A stretch of DNA of 64,000 bases from a virus. Made by a program: the position numbers and the translations under genes. A model generated the notes under the pieces. The model worked only from the letters and a program-made list of their open reading frames with translations. It was not told the origin of the DNA and ran no database searches. Each line of letters opens with the position of its first letter. Position 1 is the first letter of the stretch. Below are positions 51,501-59,135 of the stretch, one piece after another. The stretch is taken from IMG/VR virus record IMGVR_UViG_3300045988_072096; one strand, written 5' to 3'.

Positions 51501-51938
51501 CAATTCATAATTACGTACCAGCATTGATGCTCCTTTGAACGAGTATCCCCTTTGGCGTGATTTAATCACCGACATGTGCTTACCTTGATCTTCTGCTTCT
51601 TCTATAGCATTGTAGTAATAGTAATCATAGTCCCAAAACCTAGGAAAGTCTAATATACGTTCACGTCTTGTACGTATGTTTCCGTTTCTATCAGTATACT
51701 TTACTTCTTCTAGTTTCATAATAGGGCTATAGTTTAGATAGAAGTAATGATATCCAGTAATATAATCACCATCTGGCGCTATATAACCGTTTAAACATCT
51801 ATCTGTTTCTTGCTCCCAATATGTATTATAATCAGTAGTCCCTCTGGGAGCTAAAGTATAACATTTATGCTTCTTAAAAAATTCAGCAGCAGGACTGAAT
51901 TTTATAGAATTATAAATGCGTTTATTGAAATCTACCAT
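48599..51938 (-). CDS. terL: Terminase large subunit, interrupted by an intein and a putative group I intron. The predicted mature protein is about 685 aa.
   Basis: The N-extein runs 51938..50529. It comprises ORFs 51312..51938 and 50838..51296 plus a read-through segment ending ...PPFGLYIGG. The intein is 50528..49470. Exon 1 then ends CDP plus U at 49460, and exon 2 runs 49236..48599. The restored junction reads GG-CDPYDHDDSFTNSLGSVFIF, which resembles the start of the terminase nuclease domain. TAA is at 48599-48601. Confidence 0.8.
49237..49459 (-). ncRNA. Putative ORF-less group I intron (223 nt) in terL
   Basis: Unspliced, the frame ends CDPLIISGV-TAA (49440), and the nuclease domain resumes in another frame with no start codon. 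Splicing after U at 49460 and after G at 49237 restores the frame and gives codon TAT. Candidate pairings:
- P1: exon CCCGU with intron GCGGG, including a U.G pair at the splice site.
- P3: UCGAG / CUCGA.
- P7: GCAUA / UAUGC.
- Hairpins: ACGGUG/CACCGU, CUUAUAG/CUAUAAG, GGAGA/UCUCC, CUACAUG-GGGA-CAUGUAG and GUUAAG/CUUAAC. Confidence 0.6.
49470..50528 (-). mobile_element. Intein (353 aa) with a double-motif LAGLIDADG homing endonuclease, inside terL
   Basis: - It starts CLTPGEKVYT(Q)RGLVNVEDV (block A).
- Block B is TFTSEHPIW.
- The LAGLIDADG motifs are FLGLWLGDGF and FIQGYLDTDGS.
- It ends VYNFECGTHTFMCRNILTHN, followed by the +1 Cys (49469-49467).
- Its length is 1,059 nt, a multiple of 3.
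- It is in frame with both exteins and has TAG-only interruptions. Confidence 0.85.
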
Positions 51939-51940
51939 AT

Positions 51941-52168
51941 TTAATTCTTATCTTCGTAAGTATTGAATAATTCTGAATCTCCAGTCTGTACGTTTACGCC
52001 AACAGATGCTTTTAATGGATGGGCATGTGTTACACTATCAGGAATACCTGCAAATATATGCACCATTATGTTATCGTCATTTTTAATACCGCCAGTACAC
52101 CACGTGTGTTCTTTAAGAAATTCATCAATATTACCATTATACTAGTCATTGATAAAATCCATCATCAT
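51941..52168 (-). CDS. Hypothetical small protein, 75 aa, with one in-frame TAG
   Basis: ATG 52168 opens MMMDFIND(Q)YNGNIDEFLKEHTWCTGG... with a TAG at 52142-52144. TAA is at 51941-51943, 2 nt before the terL ATG. It is not in the ORF track because the TAG splits it. Confidence 0.45.
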
Positions 52169-52236
52169 CTATTTTTTGAGTAATCGCTACTCATGAGCTT
52201 CTCAAAAGCAATTTTTTCAAAATTCATTATCATTCA

Positions 52237-52755
52237 TTATCTAGGATTTTCGTAAAGACCTATTACACCTCCACCTTTAACTCTACCGGTTTCAGCCTGT
52301 TCAGCCTTTGCTTGTTTCATCGCCATATCAAGCGATTTAATTATTCCACTTATATCCTTGAGAAGTTTAGATACTTTAGTAGCACTATCTATATCTAAAT
52401 CTGTCTCAGAATAACTATTCATTACACTCATAATCGCCTCTGCTGCATGTTTTGATGAAGTAAGCAAACGAGTCATCGGAGTTTCTTGAAACTCGTTAAA
52501 CCGTTTTGCCAACTCCATCATCTATGCATCAGGTTTAAAATTCTCATCCTTAAAAACATCCTTAGCTACTCTCCACGTACGCTCCTTTTCTGGATATGCC
52601 TCATATGGAGTATTCCATTTATATCGCCATACTATAAATTCGATTTTCTTCAATGCTTCTTGTTTATCTTTAGCGTTATTATAGTAATCTTTAAATGGAG
52701 GTATAGCTAATTCATCAGTCTTTAGTATTATCTTATTTCCCTATATATCAAACAT
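52237..52755 (-). CDS. Hypothetical protein, 172 aa. Its position upstream of terL is compatible with a small terminase subunit.
   Basis: ORF 52237..52521 extends through the TAG at 52522 to ATG 52755, which forms a TAATG overlap with the tail-fibre stop. It ends in TAA at 52237. The functional call is positional only. Confidence 0.45.
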
Positions 52756-54249
52756 TATATTAGTTTAGCTAATGTGCCATGCATCATAATAGTTTCTAAT
52801 TGTTCAATACGTGCTGTTAAATCTGCTATTACTTCTTGAACTGATTTATAAGTAGTATTATCGGTACTTATACCATCATATCCACCTACTCCGATAAGAT
52901 ATTTATAGCCATTCTTTGGATCGTCGGTTAAACCATAACCGCTTTCATTACTCTTAGCATAGATGTATTCAGCATTTTTTCTAGTTGTACTATTGCCTAT
53001 ACCAACTGAATGAATAGCATTTTTGTTAGCGATGTTATAAGTACCCTAGGCGTGTGCACAAAAACCACTGGCTTCTGTATAACCTCCTTCGGCAAATGAC
53101 GATGGGCCACTAGCAGTACACTACTCATTAGCAGCAAAAGCACACCGTCCTAACGCATTACTATTCTCTTCAATATAATAACCACCATTAGCGTTCTTCT
53201 TTAACAATACATCAGAAGTATTAGCTTTAGTAGTTAAATCTACAGTAGAACCATCAGTAGCCCATACTTTAGTAGCAGAGGGATTAGCGAAAGCTGTAAG
53301 GCTTTTAATACCTGAGATTATACCGCCTTCGGTGTTATCTGCATAACGTGAGAGTTTAAATTTTTCGTCTGAACCTATGCTTATATAATTATCGTTACTG
53401 CTCGCATCATTCTATGAATGAATATATATATAATTGCGATGTGCTTCGTCTGTGAACGCCATTTCAGTAGCAAATATAGACAAACTGCGATCTTCTTCCT
53501 ATATTTTTGTATTATCTGCTCCTATCCTTGTCTTAAACCCATCAGCATCTTCTATGAGAGTCAATGCAGATGTAGTAAGTTTAGTACTAGCATTATTTTG
53601 AGATTGAAGTGAAAAAGAAGGTTCTCCATTAACATCATCTGTGCCAGGAAGGTTAAGTGAAAATGATTTATTGTTTAATTTATTTTGTCCAGAAAAACCA
53701 GATGCAGAATAGTTAGTACTTCTACCCTGTCCATCATTAATTTCTATGCGGCCTTTGTCTCCGTATATGTCTACCCTGGAGGAGTAGTCTCCACAAACAA
53801 TATAACTATTCGTGACAACAGTACTGGACGTGTTATTGCCAGACACCGTAATAGCAGCACCAGCTGCATTATAATCAGCCTCAATTAAAACATATCCCTT
53901 AGGGTCATCGCTATTAATATTCAATGAGGTTGGTGACAAGGTAGAGTCACCTGATGTACCACATAACTATAGACTACTTGGTACATCATTTTGAGTATCG
54001 ATTTCAAGAAACGCATATGTACACCCAAGATTAACATAGTGATGAGTATCATTACTAGTTTCAGTACCTATCATTGGCAGCCACCTACCATTAGTAAGCT
54101 AATACAACATTCCACCAACATTAGTAACGAAATGATCAGGCACATTACTAGTATCATAAGCATTTAATTCTTCTACTGAATTAAAGTAATCTCTGTCAAA
54201 GTTAAAGACAGGTGATTTTAAATCGAAATTTTGATTAATATCTAACATA
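52755..54249 (-). CDS. Tail fibre protein with YadA/Hep_Hag-like Gly/Ala/Ser repeats, about 497 aa, with a +1 frame break near 53940
   Basis: The 5' part runs from ATG 54249 in frame 0 mod 3 and ends ...LCGTSGDSTLVTNLIEY-TAA at 53914. The 3' part is in frame 2 mod 3 and includes ORF 53499..53939. It continues SPTSLNINSDDPKG... through several TAG to TAA 52755-52757. Skipping one nucleotide at the CCC run (plus ggg 53940-53942) gives a continuous GDSTLSPTSL junction. The repeats resemble ASGPSSFAEGGYTEASGFCAHAQGTYNIA. Confidence 0.55.
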
Positions 54250-54250
54250 A

Positions 54251-55276
54251 TTATTTAAAAGTTAAAGTTACACTACTATTTGCAGGTATCTTACTAATGT
54301 ATAGATAATACTGCACGTTATTAATAGTTACAATCTGTCTCTCAAAACCACTAATACCTTCAAAACCATTCTGATCTACTATAGAAGTGAGACGGCCATA
54401 TGAAGTAGGATAAAGATATACTATCTTCTCATTAACTTGGGTGTAATTACATATATAATTTTTATTATAGAGTGCAATAGGAACAAGACCTTTAGGGCTT
54501 GTTACTGTAGTAGTACTTGCTGACACAAGACCAGTATAAGAATAGTTAACTACATATACCATAATAGTTCTAGTTATACTATCATTGGCTTTAAGAGTAG
54601 TGCGAATATTATGTGCTGTAGTAATATCAATAGGTATTTCCATTGTACGAATATTAGCCAATATTGAATGGTCATTCACAGTCTGCTTAACTACAGCATG
54701 TACATCTTCATTGTTGTATGACCATTTATAGGTAACCATAGTTGTATCTTTACCGACAGGAATAATACCAGGTGTTACTGTGAATGAATTAACAGACAAT
54801 GGGAACTTGTTTTTAACTGCAGTCATCTGGTCGTCTACTTCTTCTTTAGTATAATAATCAGACAAATCTACTTTAGTCTGTATTCTACCTACTTCCTCAA
54901 ATGTATTCTTTGACTCTACATAGATATACTCAATGAATACATTATTGCCTTCACCATCTTTATTTGGCACAAGATATATACAGTTCTTGTCTATATCTGT
55001 AGTAGGAAGCTCTGTAACAATCTTAATCAAGTTATGATCTATAAGCTGTTTAATAGACCCATTAATCTTATTAATCTTATCAGTTTGAGTAGCAAGTTCA
55101 TTAGATATATCCGAATCCAGTGCATTCAGATATGCCACAACGTCTTTAGCAAGCAATATATCAGATGTACCAAACTTAGTATCTTTGCTATCGGCCGGAA
55201 TAGCAATATTAAGATTGGTCATCTGGTTAGTTTGTGGGGATAAGTACTTAGCCCCAGTTATTTGTGTTTTTAACAT
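54251..55276 (-). CDS. Tail fibre or receptor-binding-like protein, 341 aa, TAG-free
   Basis: This is an intact ORF ending in TAA. It has an N-terminal coiled-coil-like region, a beta-rich C-terminal half, and sits adjacent to the other fibre gene. Confidence 0.65.
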   Translation of the reverse strand: MLKTQITGAKYLSPQTNQMTNLNIAIPADSKDTKFGTSDILLAKDVVAYLNALDSDISNELATQTDKINKINGSIKQLIDHNLIKIVTELPTTDIDKNCIYLVPNKDGEGNNVFIEYIYVESKNTFEEVGRIQTKVDLSDYYTKEEVDDQMTAVKNKFPLSVNSFTVTPGIIPVGKDTTMVTYKWSYNNEDVHAVVKQTVNDHSILANIRTMEIPIDITTAHNIRTTLKANDSITRTIMVYVVNYSYTGLVSASTTTVTSPKGLVPIALYNKNYICNYTQVNEKIVYLYPTSYGRLTSIVDQNGFEGISGFERQIVTINNVQYYLYISKIPANSSVTLTFK

Positions 55277-55311
55277 GTTAATTTAATTTTTTAGTTAGTA
55301 TACATACAAAT

Positions 55312-55342
55312 AAAGGGGTAGCCCTATGTAGGACACCCCCTT
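55312..55342 (-). terminator. Hairpin terminator downstream of dut exon 2
   Basis: The stem is aaagggg (55312-55318) / cccctt (55337-55342). On the minus strand it is followed by UUAUUUGU. Confidence 0.45.
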
Positions 55343-55362
55343 CCTCGGATTTTATACCGGTA

Positions 55363-56820
55363 TTATTTATCCGACTCAGAACCGTTTGTTGGTTCAGCCG
55401 CTTGATCTGGTGCAGTCTCAGTATTCTGAGATCCTGTATCCGCGCTAATATCTTTATTGTCTGAAGAACCATAGCCACCTTCTCCACGCTCAGACTCTGA
55501 AAGATTATCTGCAAAAACAGGTTCAATTTCAGGATAAGGCATGATGACCAATTGCGCAATTCTATCACCAATACTATATACAGCAGGAATAGAATCTCCA
55601 CTGGTGTTCTTAAACTTGAGAAGAATCTCGCCTCTATAACCCATTTTCGAGGCGTTGTTGTACTACAGAGCTCTTTATCTCTGTATTTCTACTATTTCCT
55701 TTGTTATTAGTAGATCGGACTATATCTTCACCATTTCTGGGCAGGGCACTCGTGTCAACATTACTGTCCCGTAGGACTCGGTTGTTAGTCTCTGAACCTT
55801 CAAAGATATTACTATCTAAGCTTGGCTGCTGATTGACCTCTTCAGGCTTTTCCAGCAATTCACCCCGTTTTAAGACACCAGTTATTTTTCCTTTATCGTC
55901 TCTAGTAATGATTTCATATTTATTGTGAATTTTCGTATGTTCACTTCTCGTTAAAGGAATTAAATTCTCTATTCTATTATCGTTATGATTGAAATTTATA
56001 TGATGTACTTGTGTTGATCTTTTTAAATAATATTTACCGCTTATTTCTTCAAAGTATTTTATATCAAATCTTTTATAATTTTGTTCAACGACTAATCGAT
56101 GTTCTTTAACTCTACCGTTTTTATCCGCATAAGGATGATTCGGCATATACACAAGTCTTTCGATTAAATTATTATTTCTATGTAAAATAATATTGCCTTT
56201 AAACGATGCATTTTTATCACCTTTTAATCCGTATTGATGATTACCGGCACCTTTATATAAAATACTTTTCAATTTATTTAAACGCTCAACACTACACGTA
56301 TGATGCTTATTTCTATCTATTGCACTCTGTTTTAAATGGAATTCTTTTCCACAAACTTCACATATACAATTTGGTTTTGCATGCAAAGCTTTATGTGCAC
56401 ATTCTAAACAACAGAATTTAGCATCCTTTTTATAATCTGGGACAGAAAATTCTTTCCCACATTGTTTGCAAACTTTTATTATCATGATATTTTAATTTTA
56501 ATTTGCAAACATGACGTAAATAAAATAGAGTTGGTTTCATCGATACTAAATAAAGTATCTTAAAGTTTAGCGTCTATCACACCCACAGCGTTAGTAAGAG
56601 TAAGAGATTTCTTATATACGCTAGATCGTTGGAACAAAAGACCAACATGACCAACGGGAATTTCGGCAGCAATACCTGTATGATATACTAAAACAAACTG
56701 ACCACATTCGTTAACCTCACTTGTAATGTTTACACACGTAAGATCCAAACCTGCGTCTGTAGAATGTGCTTTACTAGGCAATACTGCTTTATCTGATAAT
56801 TTCTTAAATTTAACTTCCAT
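55363..56820 (-). CDS. dut: dUTPase, split into exon 1 (56820..56569) and exon 2 (55641..55363) by a group I intron
   Basis: Exon 1 (ORF 56560..56820) carries AGLDL...RSS...GVID and then runs into TAA. Exon 2 (ORF 55363..55644) carries GYRGEI...GDRIAQLV...ERGEGGYGSS. The spliced junction GVIDA-GYRGEI matches the conserved dUTPase motif III. Confidence 0.85.
55634..56485 (-). CDS. Intron-encoded HNH homing endonuclease, 283 aa
   Basis: It has N-terminal CxxC...CxxC zinc-finger pairs, followed by HRLVVEQ...VHHINFNHNDNRIENLIPLTRSEHTKIH, an HNH motif. The last ~75 codons overlap the ribozyme core. The frame ends at TAG 55634 and, if TAG is read, at TAA 55610 seven codons later. Confidence 0.85.
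   Translation of the reverse strand: MIIKVCKQCGKEFSVPDYKKDAKFCCLECAHKALHAKPNCICEVCGKEFHLKQSAIDRNKHHTCSVERLNKLKSILYKGAGNHQYGLKGDKNASFKGNIILHRNNNLIERLVYMPNHPYADKNGRVKEHRLVVEQNYKRFDIKYFEEISGKYYLKRSTQVHHINFNHNDNRIENLIPLTRSEHTKIHNKYEIITRDDKGKITGVLKRGELLEKPEEVNQQPSLDSNIFEGSETNNRVLRDSNVDTSALPRNGEDIVRSTNNKGNSRNTEIKSSVVQQRLENGL
55642..56568 (-). mobile_element. Group I intron (about 927 nt, phage-type) carrying an HNH endonuclease ORF
   Basis: All four conserved core elements are present on the minus strand:
- P: AAUUGCUGGAAAAG (55847-55860).
- Q: AAUCAGCAGCC (55824-55834).
- R: GUUCAGAGACUAACA (about 55786-55798).
- S: AAGAUAUAGUCC (about 55717-55729).

The 5' exon ends in U (56569) and the intron ends in G (55642). 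The exact junctions are inferred from the dUTPase motif. Confidence 0.8.
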
Positions 56821-56821
56821 A

Positions 56822-57445
56822 TTATTGTATGTTTATAAAATCTATAAATAAATAATCTTTAGAACCCGATTGTTTATGTTCTTCTATGTTCTGATGGTTC
56901 TTCAATTTAGCATATAATACAGGACATAGGTCGTCAATTATACGCAAGAACTTATTATCACTCTTAAATAAAGATGTAGTACTAGAGTACTTATCAACCA
57001 GCGTAGGTATGTCTTTATTCTTAAACTCGTACAATACTTTCCAATCGTACTTTCTATTACCTCCGAAAAACTTTATGTTTTTATATTGCGTCTCATAAGT
57101 TTCACAATCGTAAATAAATTCGTGCTCCTTATTTACAGCTAGAGGATCATTTTTGGCAAAAGAATCTTCTTCGCATAATACTCGTACATAGCAATCTCCT
57201 TTCTCGTCGAGGAATTTGAGCATTTCCCGTAATACCCTCCATGAATTATCGTATGCTATTCTACCATGACGAATTTCTTCACACATCATATCGTTATACC
57301 ACAATCGTATATCAAATACTCTTGCTCCAAGTTCATATTGTTTTTCGTAATCTATTGATTGACATCTAGCAGTAAATTTAAGTAACTTACCCCACCATGT
57401 TTTAGGTGTAAGATATGTCAATGAGTTATGTGTTCCTATATTCAT
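56822..57445 (-). CDS. PI-PLC X-domain-like phosphodiesterase, 207 aa
   Basis: The motifs GTHNSLTY, QYELGARVFDIRL and EEIRHGRI match the catalytic His / RxFDxR / His pattern of PLC-like phosphodiesterases. The ORF is intact and ends in TAA. Confidence 0.55.
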   Translation of the reverse strand: MNIGTHNSLTYLTPKTWWGKLLKFTARCQSIDYEKQYELGARVFDIRLWYNDMMCEEIRHGRIAYDNSWRVLREMLKFLDEKGDCYVRVLCEEDSFAKNDPLAVNKEHEFIYDCETYETQYKNIKFFGGNRKYDWKVLYEFKNKDIPTLVDKYSSTTSLFKSDNKFLRIIDDLCPVLYAKLKNHQNIEEHKQSGSKDYLFIDFINIQ

Positions 57446-57463
57446 ATGTCTATATTTAATTAG

Positions 57464-57535
57464 TCCCCCCGGCCTCGACTCGAACGGGCAATTCAGAGGT
57501 TAGAGCTCTGGGTATTTCCTTTATACTACAGGGGA
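57464..57535 (-). tRNA. Amber suppressor tRNA, anticodon CUA (decodes UAG)
   Basis: The hand-folded cloverleaf is:
- Acceptor stem UCCCCUG / CGGGGGG, with two G.U pairs.
- D arm GUAU-AAAGGAA-AUAC.
- Anticodon arm CAGAG-CUCUAAC-CUCUG, with the anticodon at plus tag 57501-57503.
- Variable region AAUU.
- T arm GCCCG-UUCGAGU-CG(A)GGC, with one bulged A.
- Discriminator A, with no encoded CCA. Confidence 0.8.
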
Positions 57536-57778
57536 ATGTTATACATAGAGGATACTTAAGGCTAACCTATCCTTTTATGTGCCATTGAACTATGTATACT
57601 ATGTTTAAGCATCACATAAAAGCCGGACCTCATTCGTGTCGTTGTCTTCGCAGGACAATTAACCGATCCTGTGCAATCGGTTTGATTATTTCGTAATCAA
57701 CGCATATTCTATAAACTATCGTTTACCAAATATGAAAGTGAATATCGCCTCCTTTCTTAAGGGAGGTTGATACTTGGG

Positions 57779-57997
57779 TTATACAAATAAAGATATGACT
57801 ATTATTTGTAAAGCTTGGCCGATTACTCCGCCAATTTCACCAGCGGCTATATCTAACCAATCAAACTTACCACCATTTTGTTTATCTTTAAATTCCATAC
57901 CGAATGCTAATCCTGTACTAAACAGTATTGTGCCAATGAAGGCTGCTGGTATAGAATATAAAAGATGTTTTGGTCTGTTACTTTCTTTTAACCACAT
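57779..57997 (-). CDS. Small membrane protein, 72 aa
   Basis: This is an intact ORF with a TAA stop and two hydrophobic helices flanking the motif EFKDKQNGGKFDWLDIAAGEIGG. Confidence 0.55.
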   Translation of the reverse strand: MWLKESNRPKHLLYSIPAAFIGTILFSTGLAFGMEFKDKQNGGKFDWLDIAAGEIGGVIGQALQIIVISLFV

Positions 57998-58062
57998 ATT
58001 ATTTGTATATTTATGTTTAAATAAAAAATTTACATTATGAACGTTCTCATAATTATGAATAG

Positions 58063-58132
58063 ACCCTTATGTTGGAATCGAACCAACCTAGTAGCTTTGT
58101 ATCGCCTAACTCCACCAGTTGTCTTATAAGGG
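58063..58132 (-). tRNA. tRNA-like gene with a non-canonical anticodon arm (possible degenerate Val-UAC-like tRNA)
   Basis: The acceptor stem is perfect (CCCUUAU / AUAAGGG) and so is the T arm (GUUGG-UUCGAUU-CCAAC). The D loop contains GG. The anticodon region UAGGC-GAUACAA-AGCUA pairs at only 3 of 5 positions and lacks U33. The isotype cannot be assigned by eye. Confidence 0.4.
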
Positions 58133-58168
58133 TACGCTTGAAAAAATTCAATTTTTAAGTACGAAAAG

Positions 58169-58250
58169 CGCAGAGTCCAGGATTTGAACCTTGATTCTTC
58201 TGATAATCACCAAAGGCTAATCAGATGTTTTACCTTATAAACTACTCCGC
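58169..58250 (-). tRNA. tRNA-like gene with a 27-nt (about 10-bp) anticodon helix ending in a CUUUGGU loop (UUG = Gln-type triplet)
   Basis: The acceptor stem is GCGGAGU / ACUCUGC. The T arm is CAAGG-UUCAAAU-CCUGG with one A.G mismatch. The D arm is about GUUU-AUAAGGU-AAAC. The anticodon domain UCUGAUUAGC-CUUUGGU-GAUUAUCAGA is 10 nt longer than a standard tRNA. Confidence 0.4.
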
Positions 58251-58278
58251 GAGGAATTTCTTAACTGTGTTCATGTCG

Positions 58279-58353
58279 TGGGCGCTGATGGATTCGAACC
58301 ACCGACCACCTACTTGTAAGGCAGATGCTCTAAACCAGCTGAGCTAAGCGCCC
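58279..58353 (-). tRNA. tRNA-Val (anticodon UAC)
   Basis: The cloverleaf is canonical: GGGCGCU-UA-GCUC-AGCUGGUUUA-GAGC-A-UCUGC-CUUACAA-GUAGG-UGGUC-GGUGG-UUCGAAU-CCAUC-AGCGCCC-A. Confidence 0.85.
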
Positions 58354-58401
58354 AAAGTACAGTGTTCAAGGTACACTGTGAACCTAGTTTTAGTAACCAA
58401 C

Positions 58402-58740
58402 TTATTTCTTTCGTGTGATCCAATCCCAGAAACGAGCAAAGATGTTCTTTTTCTTAGGAGTTTCTTTTTCAGTAGCGTTGTATTCAAATTTAGTGATAGG
58501 TATACCTGCATCATTAGCAATAGGAACAAATGCCTTTGTAATTGCTTCTGTAACAAAATCCTTAATACTTTCAACTGAATCAATTGCCTCACTTACTGCA
58601 TGACCAACAGTGGCATTATATTCAAATTTAGTGATAGGTACACCAGCATTAACTTTCTCTTTTGCTATTGCTACAAATACATCAACATCATCGATGCATT
58701 CTGTAAGATCTACTACAAATATATATTTATTCTTTTTCAT
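58402..58740 (-). CDS. Hypothetical protein with an internal duplication (GxPITKFEYNAT appears twice), 112 aa
   Basis: This corresponds to ORF 58402..58776. I prefer the internal ATG 58740 (MKKNKYIFVV) because it does not overlap the upstream gene's stop at 58764. It ends in TAA. Confidence 0.6.
   Translation of the reverse strand: MKKNKYIFVVDLTECIDDVDVFVAIAKEKVNAGVPITKFEYNATVGHAVSEAIDSVESIKDFVTEAITKAFVPIANDAGIPITKFEYNATEKETPKKKNIFARFWDWITRKK
58481..58640. repeat. Intragenic 22-nt exact direct repeat (tattcaaatttagtgataggta) at 58481-58502 and 58619-58640
   Basis: The two copies were read directly from the sequence. They encode the duplicated PITKFEYN peptide of ORF 58402..58740. Confidence 0.85.
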
Positions 58741-58763
58741 AATACCGATATTAATTATTTTAC

Positions 58764-59135
58764 TTATCCACAACATTCACATGATTCTTTGCAGATAGAA
58801 TAAGCTGCGTCAATTACCGCATTATTCTTTTTTGCCTCTTCTCGTTTGATATAAGCGAGAACGTTCTCCTTCCAGTCTTTGTTCTTTATTACAACCACAG
58901 GATAAATAATCCAATCTTCATCGTAGAATGTAACGATAATATCACCTTTATCTGCCTTGAGTACCACGTCCTTTCCGTTCTTTTTATAACGAATCTCCAT
59001 GTCCTCTGGTGCAATATAACACGAATCGATGCTGCATTTAAACGGAGCAATTGTTTCGACTGTCTGCTTATTGAAATCTATGAATACCGGACGTTTTACG
59101 TATTTACCGGTTCCAATAAAACTAAGTGTCTTCAT
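58764..59135 (-). CDS. Hypothetical protein, 123 aa, with a Cys-rich C-terminus
   Basis: This is an intact ORF with a TAA stop. Its ATG forms an ATGA overlap with the upstream small ORF. Confidence 0.6.
   Translation of the reverse strand: MKTLSFIGTGKYVKRPVFIDFNKQTVETIAPFKCSIDSCYIAPEDMEIRYKKNGKDVVLKADKGDIIVTFYDEDWIIYPVVVIKNKDWKENVLAYIKREEAKKNNAVIDAAYSICKESCECCG

Noticed and set aside
57642-57658. Hairpin UUGUC-CUGCGAA-GACAA (minus strand) resembling a tRNA anticodon arm (GCG)
   Set aside because: No acceptor stem, D arm or T loop can be drawn around it. It is treated as part of the structured leader.
22264-58592. Alternative-frame minus ORFs 22264..22563, 24667..24894, 42409..42606, 44775..44975, 46436..46726, 55278..55601 and 58344..58592
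   Set aside because: Each overlaps a better-supported gene or tRNA in another frame. For example, 58344..58592 runs across tRNA-Val. Their products are low in complexity.
58481-58640. Possible CRISPR-like or regulatory repeat
   Set aside because: There are only two copies of a 22-mer. Both lie inside one ORF in the same frame and encode a duplicated peptide. I saw no CRISPR array anywhere in the window.
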